Shown: piece after piece, positions 13,501 to 26,085 of the stretch | How the letters are laid out: every line of letters starts with the position of its first letter | Numbering within the stretch: the stretch's first letter is position 1 | NCBI RefSeq assembly: GCF_964355755.1 | Contig: NC_092673.1 | Span: forward strand, 21,573,648 to 21,637,647 | Reading direction: 5' to 3' | DNA from: Antedon mediterranea | Taxonomy: Eukaryota; Animalia; Echinodermata | Length of the DNA stretch: 64,000 bases | The notes under the pieces: generated by a model | Told to the model about the DNA's origin: nothing | The model's input: the letters and a program-made list of their open reading frames with translations, nothing else | The model's database searches: none | Translations under genes and position numbers: made by a program

Positions 13501-16500
13501 GCCAGTGAGCGATCATAGGCTCTACGCTACTGCAGCTAAATAGGGGTTGACCGTGTGTAAAATTAAAATTAATTTCACAGAAGTCTTCCCTTTTGGGGTG
13601 AAAGGAGTTCTACTGTATATATACAAGTCTACTGTATTGTATAATTATAATGCCAATTTAAAAAAAAAAATATTGTACTCAGTATGAGATTTCTTTTGCC
13701 ATTTTCACTACATCAAAATCAGGTTGCAGAGAGGTCACTCCAGATGGTGCCCATCCATTGGATAGATAACTAGTGTTATTTTTGTACAATGTATGAATTC
13801 GGATCATGAATGTGCATTGCTAATAGTATTTTAAAACAAACGCATACCAGTAATACCGTTTGAGTTGGTTCACAGTTGAAAGTGGTAAAATGATGACTTT
13901 CTTAGTAACTAATGAAAACAAATATCATATCTAATAAAATTTGAGACGTGTTTTGTACAACACAAGATGAATATCGGCCATAAACTCCTTTGAGTATAAA
14001 AGAGGATGGTACTAGTCACGTTCTAACCCAGCCTAAAGGGAGCGTAACCAGTTGCTACACTACAACTACACCTGGCATGCACACTACAACAACTTGTGGT
14101 TACTTCAAAAGTGAGAGTTGAACTTTATTTGACTCCCAACCATTTCAAACATCACAAAATTACATATTTCATCAAATCTAATAAGAATTCTGATATCTGG
14201 TATGCTTTCACAAACACGGAACTTTTATTTCGACCAAGCATGGACATTGCAACATGAGTATGTGATGTTACAAATCCAGTGCCAAGAGAATTCAATATTG
14301 AGAAAATTAAATTTAACAAAATATTTCATGCAATGCAATATTTTGTTTGAAGGTTAAATGGTTAGAATAATTTTATATTGAATTTGATCTGCTGATATTG
14401 GGTAATAGTAGGTTATTGCCTTGTTATTCCGTTTCCACAAATGTTGGTCAGGTATCAGGTATAATGTTAATGTTGTAACTAGTAATGTTGTAACTAGTAA
14501 TATTGTAACTTGTTACAGCATTAATTAATGCTTGTTAATGCTGTAACTTGTTAATGCTGTAACTTGTTAATGCTGTAAATTGTTAATGCTGTAACTTGTT
14601 AATGCTGTAACTTGTTAATGCTGTAACTTGTTAATGTTGTAACTTGTTAATGTTGTAACTAGTAATGTTGTAACTAGTAATGTTGTAACTTGTTAATACT
14701 GTAACTTGTGAATGCTGTAACTTGTTAATGCTGTAACTTGTTAATGCTGTAACTGGTTAATGTTGTAACTAGTAATGTTGTAACTTGTTAATACTGTAAC
14801 TTGTTAATAGTGTAACTTGTTAATGGTGTAACTGGGTAATGTTGTAACTAGTGATGTTGTAACTTGTTAATGGTGTAACTTGTTAATGTTGTAACTAGTG
14901 ATGTTGTAACTTGTTAATAGTGTAACTTTTAAAGTGTGCTATATGATTGTGTAACTTGTTAATAGTGTAACTTGTTAATAGTGTAACTTGTTAATAGTGT
15001 AACTTGTTAATGGTGTAACTTGTTAATGTTGTAACTTGTTAATGTTGTAACTTTTTAATGTTGTAACTTGTTAATGGTGTAACTTGTTAATTTTGTAACT
15101 TGTTAATGCTGTAACTTGTTAATGGTGTAACTTGTCAATGGTGTAACTTGTTAATGTTGCAACTATCTAATGTTACACTAGTAATGTTACAACTGTCTAT
15201 TCATAAAACTATTTAATGATAAAACTGTTTGTTTGTTGCAAGTTAATGTTTTTTATACAGCCTCGTGAAAAAATAAATGTGCTCGTGAATGAACTTCCGT
15301 TACAAGATAAAGATTTTATTATCATAATAATAGTTCTCACAATCCAACAATAACGAAGAAATGCCATAGAGGGCAGCAGACTACAATCAAACACCCTCGT
15401 TCCCCAGAGACTCGCCATATAAACAAAGTAGTACAGATTCTTTGTATCAACGAACTTTTAGTACGTACGAGGCAACGGGGAACAATTCAATTATAGTGTC
15501 TGGGATCTCAATTAGTCGATAATTTAAGTTTTACGCCGAATTAGTTGCTCTCCAAATCCCACAACAATAAAAAATAGTTTGAGTTATATTAGTAGTATTT
15601 TCAATTAAATGCACCGTTTATAAGGACTTTTATGCATAAAATCTAATTTGGATAACATTTCAAAATTTTTCTTGTAACATAGTTTTAGTTTAGTTAAATA
15701 GATTTTAACTGTGTTCGGTCAATGACACTTTATATGGCTTGGTGATGATGGGAACTTTTTAAAAACCACTTAGACAATTATTTTCTTTTTATACATACTC
15801 TATATAGGCCTACACAGGTAGGTAAATGGCCTTTTCAATAATAATAATAATGTCTGATGTTGTAAAAGTTTAAATCTGGTTGAGATTGAACTTACCTGAA
15901 CTCTGTCTATTGCAGTAATACATGATAAAACAGATTGATGTGAGAACCGGACCCCTGATGGACTGAAAAATACAATATAATCTGGAACACCCTAAAAAAA
16001 GGAAAAAACATTAGGAACTCATTAAAATTATAATATATTTAAGTCTGAGTATCTTCTGCAACAGTATGACCAGAAAAAAAACTACAGACAAATTTTAAAA
16101 AAAAACAGCAAAAATGAAATTATTCTAAAATCAAATTTCTTTTTTTAGTACATGATACAAAATAACCACACTTTTTTAAATAAATAAAGTGACTCTCAAC
16201 CAAATGTAAAAATCGTGAAAATATAACACAAAACAAACACCTGCCTGGCAGTGGTAAAAATAATTTGAAAAAGTACAGTATTTTGAACTTTATGATACAT
16301 AATATAAATTATTTTGGATTTAGTACATTGCTTGATTAATTTACAAACTATCAAAATGTGCCCATATATGGACATGATGTCATATCACTACCACATTTGA
16401 GCATATCACTTCCATATTTGGGCACATCACACTTTTTTTGTCAAACTTATTTGATAGTGTAGACAGAGCTTAACAAACGATGAAGGATAAAGATTATATA

Positions 16501-19500
16501 TACAAAAAAAACTTCATGTATTAAATTTCAATAATTATGTTTCTTGTATAAAATAAATCAGAAATGTAATCAAATAGACGTTAAGTTTATTTTAGGAAAT
16601 TTTGCTCCTAAAAATATCTTAAACGTTTCAAAATGGTATGACCGACTTTGAAAAGATGACAACCAGCTGGTGTAAACTACTAACGTGTGTCTTTATTAAT
16701 TAGGTTCCATGTCAAATTGCATAGCTGCTACAGTCGCTGTGGTAGTTAAAGGAACCAGTACCTATTCACAACTTTATGGTTGTTTTAGGATTCATATAAT
16801 TTAATTAAAATAATAATAATAAAACATGGTAATCTCATTAAAATAATAATATCCATAATATAATATTGATAATCGGTTTAATTATTGAATAATAATATAT
16901 TCTTTAAAATGAACTTTCTTGCAATGAGAGGTTCAACCCGATCAATATTTGTTCTTTATATTATTAATGTGGTTTTTTTTTTCTTCTTTTTAGTTAAGGA
17001 TCGTAATGAGACAAGACTCCATCTTTTAATTTTATCCTTCAACAAAATTATGTTACTATTTGATGTAACCTAAAATATTGTATACACTATAATATTTGTG
17101 TATACTTTCCTTAGTTTAGAACATTAATCAATTTCACATTCATTTCATAAAATCTTTCTATTCAAGATGGATGCTCATTGTGTGAATCACTGACCAAGCA
17201 TCCAAGGGACTGTACAAAATTTGCTGAAAATTAGGGGTGAGATTATACTTGAACCGGATCCCTGGAAAGATCAAGACTTAACCGATGCGAACTGGGGTTC
17301 TTACATACTGATCCCCAGTTAGCGGTGATGGTGTATCCCTATACTCTGGTTTGGGTGCTAGCTTGGTGTTTTTTTCCTTTTGTTCTATTCCTTTTGTTTT
17401 TTACTCTTTCTCTTTATTGTCGAGCGCAAAGAGACATCGTTTATTAGCACTATATAAATCTATCTATTATTATTCTATTAACATGGCATTATACTTGGAT
17501 TGCATTTACCATAAGTATTTATGTGACAAAAAATGAATGTGATGTGCCCATATATGGACATGATGATGTCATATCACTACCATATTTGGGCATATCACTA
17601 CCATATTTGGGCATATCACTCCCATATTTGGGGATATCACATTTTTTTAAAAAACTAGTTTGATAGTGTAGACCAAGCTTTAGTATTGTTTCTAAATTTA
17701 GCCTAAATTAGGGGTGTGATTGACTTACATATGGTATTTAATTATGGTATTATTACAAAAGTGCATTATTTAGAAATAAATCAAACATGGTTAGAATCAC
17801 TTAACCCACTTTCCCTCATTTTATGTGACAAGCAACATGGAATTTACTGGCAATTGTACATTATTGTGTGTTATGTATTACATATTACATTTTTATGTCA
17901 CCTTGAAATGATGTAGACCTACCGAAATGTAGATGTAACATTAATGTATGTTTTGCCCCTTAAGGATAATGATTCCAGTTTCATAGGTGTTCTGTCATCT
18001 TAGATGGAAAGTGATAGTTTCACATTAATGGTAGATATAAGTTTAATATTTTGCCACCTGAGGCCCTACAGCGTCTTCTGTCAGCATGACCTGGGAAAGT
18101 GATAACTTATACCTGTGCTACAAAAGTCACATTAATGCCTTGTGAGAATGGCATTAATTGGTCTAAAATTAAAATGTGTTTATATTCATTGCGGTGGTCC
18201 ATTAAAGCACATGTATCAATGCTGTCGTGCTATCAGGTTTTGTTCTATTTTTGAAGTCATTTGGCACTAAATTCAAATTTAGTAAAACACCTGGGTAAAG
18301 GTGACATTGACATTTTATTTAGATTCAAAATAAATAGATAAAAATAAACCTTTTGTTTTGATACAAACAACAAAACATGTCCATTGTGAATTGGGGAAAT
18401 TGTTAGGTGAGCCTAAATAAAAATAAGGGAATTAGAGGATGAAGGGCACAGCAAGCCTAAATAAAAATATAAAAGTGGATTGTGATGATTCAAACTGATA
18501 CAATGATGGAATTAACACTTACTTGATTTTGTATAAAATTACTAAGAGATTCATTAATCATAGGATGTGCCATTGACTCGTACACTGTCAAAGATTCAAA
18601 CTTTATTCCTGAAAGACAACAAAAGCTACAATTGCTAGATGTACAACAACTACAAATAAATGATTTTGATCAATTTGTAACTTGGTATTGGTGGGGAGTT
18701 TGGTATTGGTATTGGTGGCGAGTTAGTATTGGTATTGATAGGGAGTTGGTATTGGTATTGGTGGGTGAGGAGTTGGTATTGGTGGGGAGTTGGTATTTGT
18801 ATTGATGGTGAGTTGGTATTGGTGGGGAGTTGGTATTGGTTTTGGTGGCGAGTTGGTATTGGTATTGATAGGGAGTTGGTATTGGTATTGGTGGGGAGTT
18901 GGTATTGGTTTTGGTGGCGAGTTGGTATTGGTATTGATAGGGAGCTGGTATTGGTATTGGTGGGTGAGGAGTTGGTATTGGTGGGGAGTTGGTATTTGTA
19001 TTGATGGTGAGTTGGTATTGGTATTGATGGAGAGTGGGTATTGGTTTTGGTGGTCAAGCTGGTATTGACAGGAATGGTTTTGGTTGGGAGTTGGTATTGG
19101 TGGGGAGTTGATATTGGTGTAGAAATATTATAGTGAACTATAATATTTCTATGGTATTGGTGGGAGTTGGTATTGGTTTTGGCGAGGAATTGGTAATGGT
19201 ATAGAAATATTATATTGCCCTATATTGAAATATAATATTTCTATGGTATTGGTGGGAGTTGGTATTGGTTTTGGTGTAGATTGGTATTGGTGTGGAGTTG
19301 GTTTTGGTGAGGAGTTGGTATTGGTAGGCAATTTTCTACATACACTATATAATAATACATTGATTGCCCTTTCACATTTCATGTCCAGTATGGTAGCTTC
19401 TACTCCGCCATGGAATCATTTACCTAAATAAGGTTTTTGGGCATGCGCTCATTACTTTCAAATGCCACGTACTAAAACAGAAAGGTCCCTGCAGTACAAA

Positions 19501-22500
19501 ATGTAACATTTTGCATCACATTATTCATGCTATTTCTAAACATTGCACATGAAAGTATCTATTACAATCATATTAATGTAATTTGGCATTTCAACATTAT
19601 GTAGGTCTATCATCTATTGTAGTTAACATGATGCGACAATATAACCTTCAACGGACACATATAGCAGGGTCTCGATCCATGAGATATCAACTCATGTAAT
19701 ATAGTATTTACTACACAAGTGCAATTAATTAACGGGACAGTCATAATAATAAGGGGAATTCTATAGCAAATAAGGTGCAATTACGTATCCTCCAACTTTT
19801 AGTTTCAGTGTAGAATTAGTATTCCCTCAACCTTAGTGATGCTATGAGGTAGGTTTCCGGAACTATCTGGGGTAGTTTTCAGAGTCAGTGGGAGTAGGTC
19901 AGGTTTTGTACATCATGCAGTGACATTCACCTTTTATTATCTTCTTTATTTTAATTTTATCCAATCAGACTGGTTTCGCATGTGAAATTTAAAGATAGCC
20001 TAAGGCTATAATGTGTTGTCCTTTAAAGAAATCAGAAGTCGTTCAAACAGCTGACAAAAAAACTAATGTTTAAAAGTAATATGACATACCTTCTTCGTCC
20101 AACGAACTTGGTATAGTTTCTCGGCGAAGGTTACCGCATGGAAACACAAGTGGTAAACCACCAGGTAATGTACCTAGAACAAATTAAATGGATAAATTGG
20201 TATTGAATGCTAATATTAACTAATTAATAAATATAATATATAATTAATTAAATCTTCATTATGGATAATCTCCCCTATTAAGGGGCATTTAGTTGGGTCA
20301 TGAAGGTGTCGCTATCCAATCAAATTTAAACAATACCATGAAAGCCCCAGTGGTATAATGGTTAGGACATCTGCATATCAAGCAGAAGGTTCCGGGTTTA
20401 AGTCTTGGTTTCCTCATCTTATCGTTTCAAAATAATTATTTAAATTTTAGTATATCACCGGGCGGTTTAGAATTTATTCTGTGCCTGTGATGTTTATATA
20501 TATATATATAGAGAGAGAGAGACTTGTTGCCGTTTTGAATGACAATAAATTGCTGTAACATAGATGACAAAATATGCACAAGCAACAGATCCAGTTACTA
20601 TGAAGAAATAAAGAGGATTTAAATGTTTCAAAAGAAATTTAAGTAAGAATATCCCAACATGTAAGGGGGGGGGGGGAGTAATTACTACTGTGCAAGTTAT
20701 ATAAACATAAATATGTTTTTGTAACGATATACAACCATTTAAAATTTTGTGAACTTTTAACCTCTGAAAATTATATTTGGACATCTACATTTGGAAATTT
20801 GATAAAAATAACCAACGAGGGCCAAGAAATGTCAGCTGGTGCCTGTAGTTACACAGTGATGATAAAAAGCTGGTTTGTAGGTTCAAGTATTAACTGTTTG
20901 TTTTGTACAGTTCCATTTGTACTGCTTCAATAATTAAATAATTCTGAAGAGAAAGTTTCTTCAACAAGTAGCCAATTCTAGTAGGTGCTGTATTTATAAT
21001 TTGTCTAGCATCATAGGCAAATTCTAAAACACAGTGTCACATATGTATCATGTGTTTACACTGTATCATATGTCATAATCCTAATTCTAACATATTTATC
21101 ACATGTGATCCTGTATTATAGAATTTGCCTAGACAATGGACAGGGTGTCATTATGTGGAGATACGGTTCAGAGAATCAAGTGGCTTCAACAAGCTACCTT
21201 AAAGTTTTTAACAAATTCTTTTGGGCAATGTTGCAAACACAAGCTGCATAATCAAAGATTTATGGACAATGTTTATTATTTTTATTTATTTTTGATTTTT
21301 TGTTATTAAACCTTATTTAAAGAGGGTAACCCTAAACAGCATATTATTATCACTTTTACCTTTCTTGATAACTTGAACAAGATTCTGTGCATTTCCAGAG
21401 TCAGCACCAACTGGAACCAAACCAAGTTGTTTAACATGTTCAGCTGTTGCATTGCCAACTACGTATGCTGGGAGGGGTAACCATTTGGGAAGAAACTCAG
21501 ATTTCCAGTCTGCAATGTAATAAAAATTATGAAAAAGAGCTTGCTTAAACAAAGTTTAAAGTCAACCTTTCAACCATTTAGTAGGAGTCAACCCTACACT
21601 CAATTGAGTGTGAGTCAACTCAAACTCAATTGTAAGTGTAAATTAGCCCTAAGCTCAATTGCAAGTGAGTAAACCATACACTCAATAGTAAATGCGAGTT
21701 CACCCTAAACTCAATTGAGTCTGAGTTAATCCTAAACTCAATTGAGTGTGAGTCAATCCTACAGTATCTCAATCGCTCAATTGAGTCTGAGTTAACCCTA
21801 AACTCAATTGAGTGTGAGTCAATCCTACAGTATCTCAATCGCTCAATTGAGTCTGAGTTAACCCTAAACTCAATTGAGTGTGAGACAATCCTACAGTATC
21901 TCAATTGCTCAATTGAGTCTGAGTTAACCGTAAACTCAATTGAGTGTGAGACAACCTTACACTCAATTGAGTGCGAGTCAACCCTAAACTCAATTGTGAG
22001 TCCCAGTCAACCCTATACACTTAATTATGAGTGCGAGTCAACCCTGCTCTCAAAGAGCCAGTTCATCAAATGCTATTATAAGCTCAATCTACCTTGTATT
22101 GATGAGTTACTCTCAATAGCTTTTGTGAATGCTTCTACAGATCTTGGACTTGAGAAGACAATACCGCCATAATTGTCAGGATTAGAAATCTGCTTGTAAA
22201 ACTGATCTAAGTTGAAGAATTTGAAGCTTAGAACTTGAATAAGCGTAGGTGACAAGCCTTCAGATGTTAAAGTCTGAAAATAAATGAAATGAAAAGACCT
22301 TAGTTTTTACAGTCGGGAATTAAACTTTGACAGAAAGGGGGATTTCTCTGAAAGTATGAAAAATAAAACTTTAAATTAACATTTATATATTTAGATGTAG
22401 AATACTAATGACAATACAGACTGTATCACGTACGTACTAGTACGAGAGTCTTTTATTTAGATGTAAACAGTTGGTTTGTATTGTACAAATATATTTATTA

Positions 22501-25500
22501 TGTACATTGATTTTGCAATTTTATACAATAACGTTTCCAATATTTGTGAAAATGCAGGTTAAAGTCTATTGTCTCTAGAGGAATAAAAACTAAGTTTCTC
22601 AGCAAAATCTCTACGCTGTACTAACACTACCTAAACAAATCAGTTTTCCTAATTTCATTTTACGCAGATTCATTTCACTTTATTGTGCCGCTATTCCTTG
22701 TAGCTGTTTATACACAATTTTCTCACCCCAACAAACAAATCAAACTTTACTGCTAGCTGGGGATGCATGTTCCACAATGCCGCAAGAAATGGAAGCTGAA
22801 TACTCTCATAGAAGCTTAATTTCTTGACAGTCTAAGAAAGCTAAACGGCTTTACCTGATCTACCTCCTGGGATACACCCTCAGGTCAGTAATGACCTAAA
22901 ATGCTGTGATCTTATTTGGGATCAAGAGTGCGATAATTTTCATATCAACTTAAGACAATTTATACCGTATCCCGCAAGTATTTACTCATTCTATGACCTT
23001 CCAGCACACTCAAACACACCTGTACAATTCACCAATGATAGGTTCTTATTTCTTTAACATTACTTTATACACAGTGACAACACATTACATAATATACAGG
23101 TATATTGGGGAAATACCTAATAATTAATGACAAGTGTTAATAACAATAATTTATTGGAAACTTCACTTTTACAACAGTGACACACTTTGATGATAAAGGT
23201 GCGTCCAAATAATAACTTAAAATTTAACAAAATAAATGAAAAAATTAACAATAACATGTTGTGTGAAATATACAACATTAGAGGCAAAACAAAATTAGAC
23301 GCACATTCAAAGGCTAAAAAATAGCAGTGGATTTCAATGGAGATACACAAATAAGAAAAAACTACATCAAAATAAAACAGCAAGAAAGAAAGTGCAACCA
23401 AGATTTAAAGAAAAAACTAATCCTGTGTCATGGCTAATGACAGTATAGACACTATGGTAAAAAAAATTTAAATTTGAGTAAATTAAAAATGGTTTCCATT
23501 TTAGAAAAGTAAAATTCAGTTAAAATTGAAATATTTTCTTCATTTATAATGAAATAGTAAATCACAAAAAAAGTCCAAAATCCAGGACTTTAACAACTTT
23601 ATCAAATATCAGTTTAAATCAACTTGTTATTTCTGTTTGAACTTTCTAAATTTAGCATACAAGTCATCAGTAGAGAATGCTTAATTTTAATTTTGCCTAA
23701 AAGCAAGAACTTGTTGCCTGGAGGCGTGACACATAAGACACGGTTTGGGCAACAAAATCGTAATAGATACAAGTGTTAGTCAATATAATCAGAAGTTGAT
23801 ACTGGCGTTCACCCCAGAGGACCGCTTCTCATGCCTTTGTTGCGTTTTACTAATATCAAAAGAAATGACAAGCCTAGCTGTGTGCGGCTTCACTTGTTGA
23901 TCGTAAACACATCATCTAGGTGTTTTGTGTTTATTTATACCATACTGATGGATATCATATGAGGCCCTGTCATTATCAGTTTAAATTAATGCTAAAAATA
24001 TATCAAAAAATAAATTCACAAAAAGAAACGAAATTATACAAATTCTATTCATGGTAAAGGAACAATAACCACATGAGTTGAGATAAATTTGAATTGAATG
24101 ACGCTGTAGATTCCAAGTAAATAGCTTCAAAATGATGGAAAACTATAAAAGGTTCCTCGATATACATTTATGCAAATTAAACTGTTATAAAGCAGTTATA
24201 ATTGCATTATAAACAAAATTTGAATGTAGAATTCAGTTAAAAGTTGAAATATTTGTATTTGTTTATACTGGACGACCTCTTCAGTCAAAGACTAGTCTCC
24301 CAGAGGGCCCAGTTATGATCAGTGGCTGTGATGTACTAGTACACTGAAGTCACGCCCTATTCATCTCGAAAGATGTAGACATAGACATAGCCATACTTTA
24401 TTGTCACATAATAATTATAAAATGTGAGACTCGGCTCCCCGTTACATTCGTAATAAAAAACACCATATAAAAACATTAATACAATTCGATATAAGTCAAA
24501 TACATGTAGGCCTATGTACAGTTCATTAAAAGTAATTACAGTAATTATCTTACAAATTGTTTGTTAAAGAGACGAATTGAGGAGGGAATAAAGGAGTTGT
24601 TAAACCTATTTGTTTTTGTCAAAGGATGACGTAGTCTACCAGATCTGCACATAACAAACGAACTATGCAAGGGATGGGCAGAATCGGATAATAGGGAGTT
24701 TTCGCAATCTTACGAATACGATAACGAAATCGGATATGCCACGCACACGTATTCGTTTTTCGTAAGCCAGTAAAAATCTGTTTCGCATGCCAACAAAATA
24801 TTGAGGGCGCTGTCCAAAATATGACTGCCGTAAATTTGAGCGTAGCGCAGGTACGTGTTGCTTGGTGCTTGGCTGCTTGGGCCTAGCGTAACATCAAGGC
24901 GAGTGAGGACTTTAAAAACTGCTATTTATCAAAATTGACCTGGCATTTTAGTAAATTACTTTAGTAAATTACTTTCATTTCAATAAAAGTATAATTATAT
25001 TATAATCATGAATCATTCCTGATTCAAATGTAAAATGTGCAAAATAGATCAAAAACTATACTCGTTTTGTAGTTACGAATATGACTGGTGATATTCGTCA
25101 ACACGAATACGCTTTACGAATATGAAATGGGGATCAGCTCAAAAGTTTCACAAATGTGTATTCGTAAGGTTGCGAAACCTCCCTATTATGACTTTGGCTT
25201 TAGCCAACATCAATTCATTATACATGCTATCTAAATCCTCAGATTTGGTATCAATAATTTTATCTGCTTTCCTTATAATTATAACTCGATAAAGTTTGTA
25301 TTTGTTCTTATTGGTAAGGCCGTTATACCAGATACTACAACAGAGAGTCATAACTGATTTAACAACAGAATCATAAAATAATTTCATTATAACGGTATTC
25401 ACCTTAAAACTTCTCATCTTTCTTAGAAAGTTGTTTTAAAGTGCACATGAGCTAGATGTGTAAACTGGACCTACGGTTTAGTCCTTATCCAAGAACACGG

Positions 25501-26085
25501 AGAGAATGAGCCTCGAACCCTTGTCGATGTTATGGCTACGTAATAACGGTTCCACTGTCTTAACCGCTCGGACACTCACTCAGTCATCAATGACTGCATT
25601 TGTTTTTAAATTATTCAGTATAATCCGAGTAGAAAATTTAAAAAATGTGTTTCATATTATATTTACAGCAGGGAATTAAGAGTGATATTAATAGTAATTT
25701 CACTCTTCCCTGATTTACAGTATCTCTTTCTATCTATATATGAATCCAAAGGCAAATTACTGAAAAAATGACAAAGCTATGGGTATCAGTGGCTGGATCT
25801 CAATGGAGATACAACAAAAAAAGTGAAAATCTAAATCAAAACAATAAGTAAAAAAGCCAGAAAAGTTAGCAGAGCTTTCGGGCAACACTAGCCATTCATC
25901 AGTGCAAGTGATGTATACATGTATATATCATATATATATGTCATTCATTCTTGTTATGAGATGGGTGTGTCTCAAGTGAGATGGGTGTGTCTCAAATGAG
26001 CCGGTGTACTTAAAATCTGTACCTGAACATATATATCATCTTCAATGTTTCCTTTTGCGGCTTTCAATAACAAGACTTTCTTCAT
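7553..26085 (-). CDS. UROS: Uroporphyrinogen-III synthase (HemD family), 7 coding exons, 257 aa
   Basis: Exons (-): 26085-26023 MKKVLLLKAAKGNIEDDIYVQ; 22273-22093 ...VLSFKFFNL...PDNYGGIVFSSPRSVEAF; 21509-21360 ...W...AYVVGNATA...GADSGNAQNL; 20173-20090 ...PLVFPCGNLRRETIP; 18608-18523 ...FESLTVYESMAHP; 15991-15896 GVPDYIVFFSPSGV; 7666-7553 MIAIGPTTKVAM...stop. All introns GT-AG, phases consistent, 774 nt total. The motifs SPRxV, FPCGNL, FFSPSG and AIGPTT match metazoan UROS. An acceptor at 26101-26100 implies an upstream 5'UTR exon. Confidence 0.95.
8392..8630. repeat. Degenerate minisatellite (~17-22 bp)
   Basis: Repeated GGTTTCACACTGAGGGT / GGTTCACACAGAGGGT units in the last UROS intron. 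Confidence 0.85.
12876..13188. mobile_element. Tc1/mariner-superfamily (pogo/Tc2-type) MITE
   Basis: TA|CTGTATATTTCGGTGTATAAGTCGCAC ... GTGCGACTTATACACCAAAATATACGG|TA; TA target duplication; internal copies of GTGTATAAGACGCAC. Confidence 0.85.
14465..15195. repeat. 16-bp minisatellite, ~45 copies
   Basis: Tandem AACTTGTTAATG(C/T/G)TGT units over ~730 bp in the last UROS intron. Confidence 0.95.
16343..16470. mobile_element. MITE family A copy
   Basis: Internal block plus right terminus TTTGATAGTGTAGACAGAGCT followed by TAA. Confidence 0.7.
17520..17679. mobile_element. MITE family A copy
   Basis: Internal 20-bp CATATCACTACCATATTTGG units in tandem; right terminus AGTTTGATAGTGTAGACCAAGCT. 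Confidence 0.7.
18682..19330. repeat. G/T-rich compound microsatellite/minisatellite
   Basis: TGGTAT / TGGTGGGGAGT units with higher-order repetition; generates the spurious ORFs at 18650-19431. Confidence 0.9.
20343..20410 (+). mobile_element. tRNA-derived SINE head (or tRNA pseudogene)
   Basis: GCCCCAGTGGTATAATGGTTAGGACATCTGCATATCAAGCAGAAGGTTCCGGGTTTAAGTC: A-box, anticodon-like stem CTGC/GCAG, degenerate B-box; no 3' acceptor-stem strand. Confidence 0.6.
21014..21131. mobile_element. Small hairpin MITE
   Basis: TAGGCAAATTCTAAAACACAG ... CTGTATTATAGAATTTGCCTA inverted ends. Confidence 0.6.
21580..22050. repeat. Minisatellite with palindromic CTCAATTGAG core and ~66-bp higher-order unit
   Basis: About 15 copies of AACTCAATTGAGT-like cores fill most of the UROS intron 21510-22092. 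Confidence 0.9.
24376..25432 (-). mobile_element. 5'-truncated LINE (Rex/Babar-like, CR1 group), ORF2 C-terminus and 3' tail
   Basis: Translation FLRKMRSFKVNTVIMKLFYDSVVKSV...IWY...AKAKVI | SDSAHPLHSSF...SGRLRHPLTKTNRFNNSFIPSSIRLFN is typical of the region after the RT domain; AATAAA plus a (CTATGT)n tail near 24400-24376. Confidence 0.8.
24691..25186. mobile_element. MITE family D, inserted in the LINE
   Basis: ATAGGGAGTTTTCGCAATCTTACGAATAC ... GTATTCGTAAGGTTGCGAAACCTCCCTAT, TA on both sides; a close relative in inverted orientation lies at 31228-31710. Confidence 0.85.

Larger units (their letters stand above)
24262..25582 (-). mobile_element. tRNA-derived SINE (Deu/Nin-domain-like) split by a LINE insertion
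   Basis: Head at 25582-25433 (A-box TGTCCGAGCGG, B-box GGTTCGAGGC, core GGATAAGGACTAAACCGTAGGTCC); tail at ~24375-24262. An uninterrupted relative lies at 28640-28870. Confidence 0.75.

Noticed and set aside
11897-13532. Possible 1.6-kb hAT element bounded by CATTGGCGTA ... TACGCTACTG
   Set aside because: The ends resemble the 33589 MITE, but there is no target-site duplication or transposase ORF; probably two unrelated fragments.
18650-19431. Five overlapping ORFs (T/N/P-rich, W/Y/G-rich)
   Set aside because: Products of a TGGTAT-type simple repeat in a UROS intron.
20343-20410. Functional tRNA gene
   Set aside because: No complementary 3' acceptor stem and a mutated T-loop (GGTTTAAGTC); treated as a SINE head or pseudogene.
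21580-22050. Palindromic repeats with short intervening sequences resembling a CRISPR array
   Set aside because: The intervening sequences are themselves repeated and the array is intronic; it is a minisatellite.
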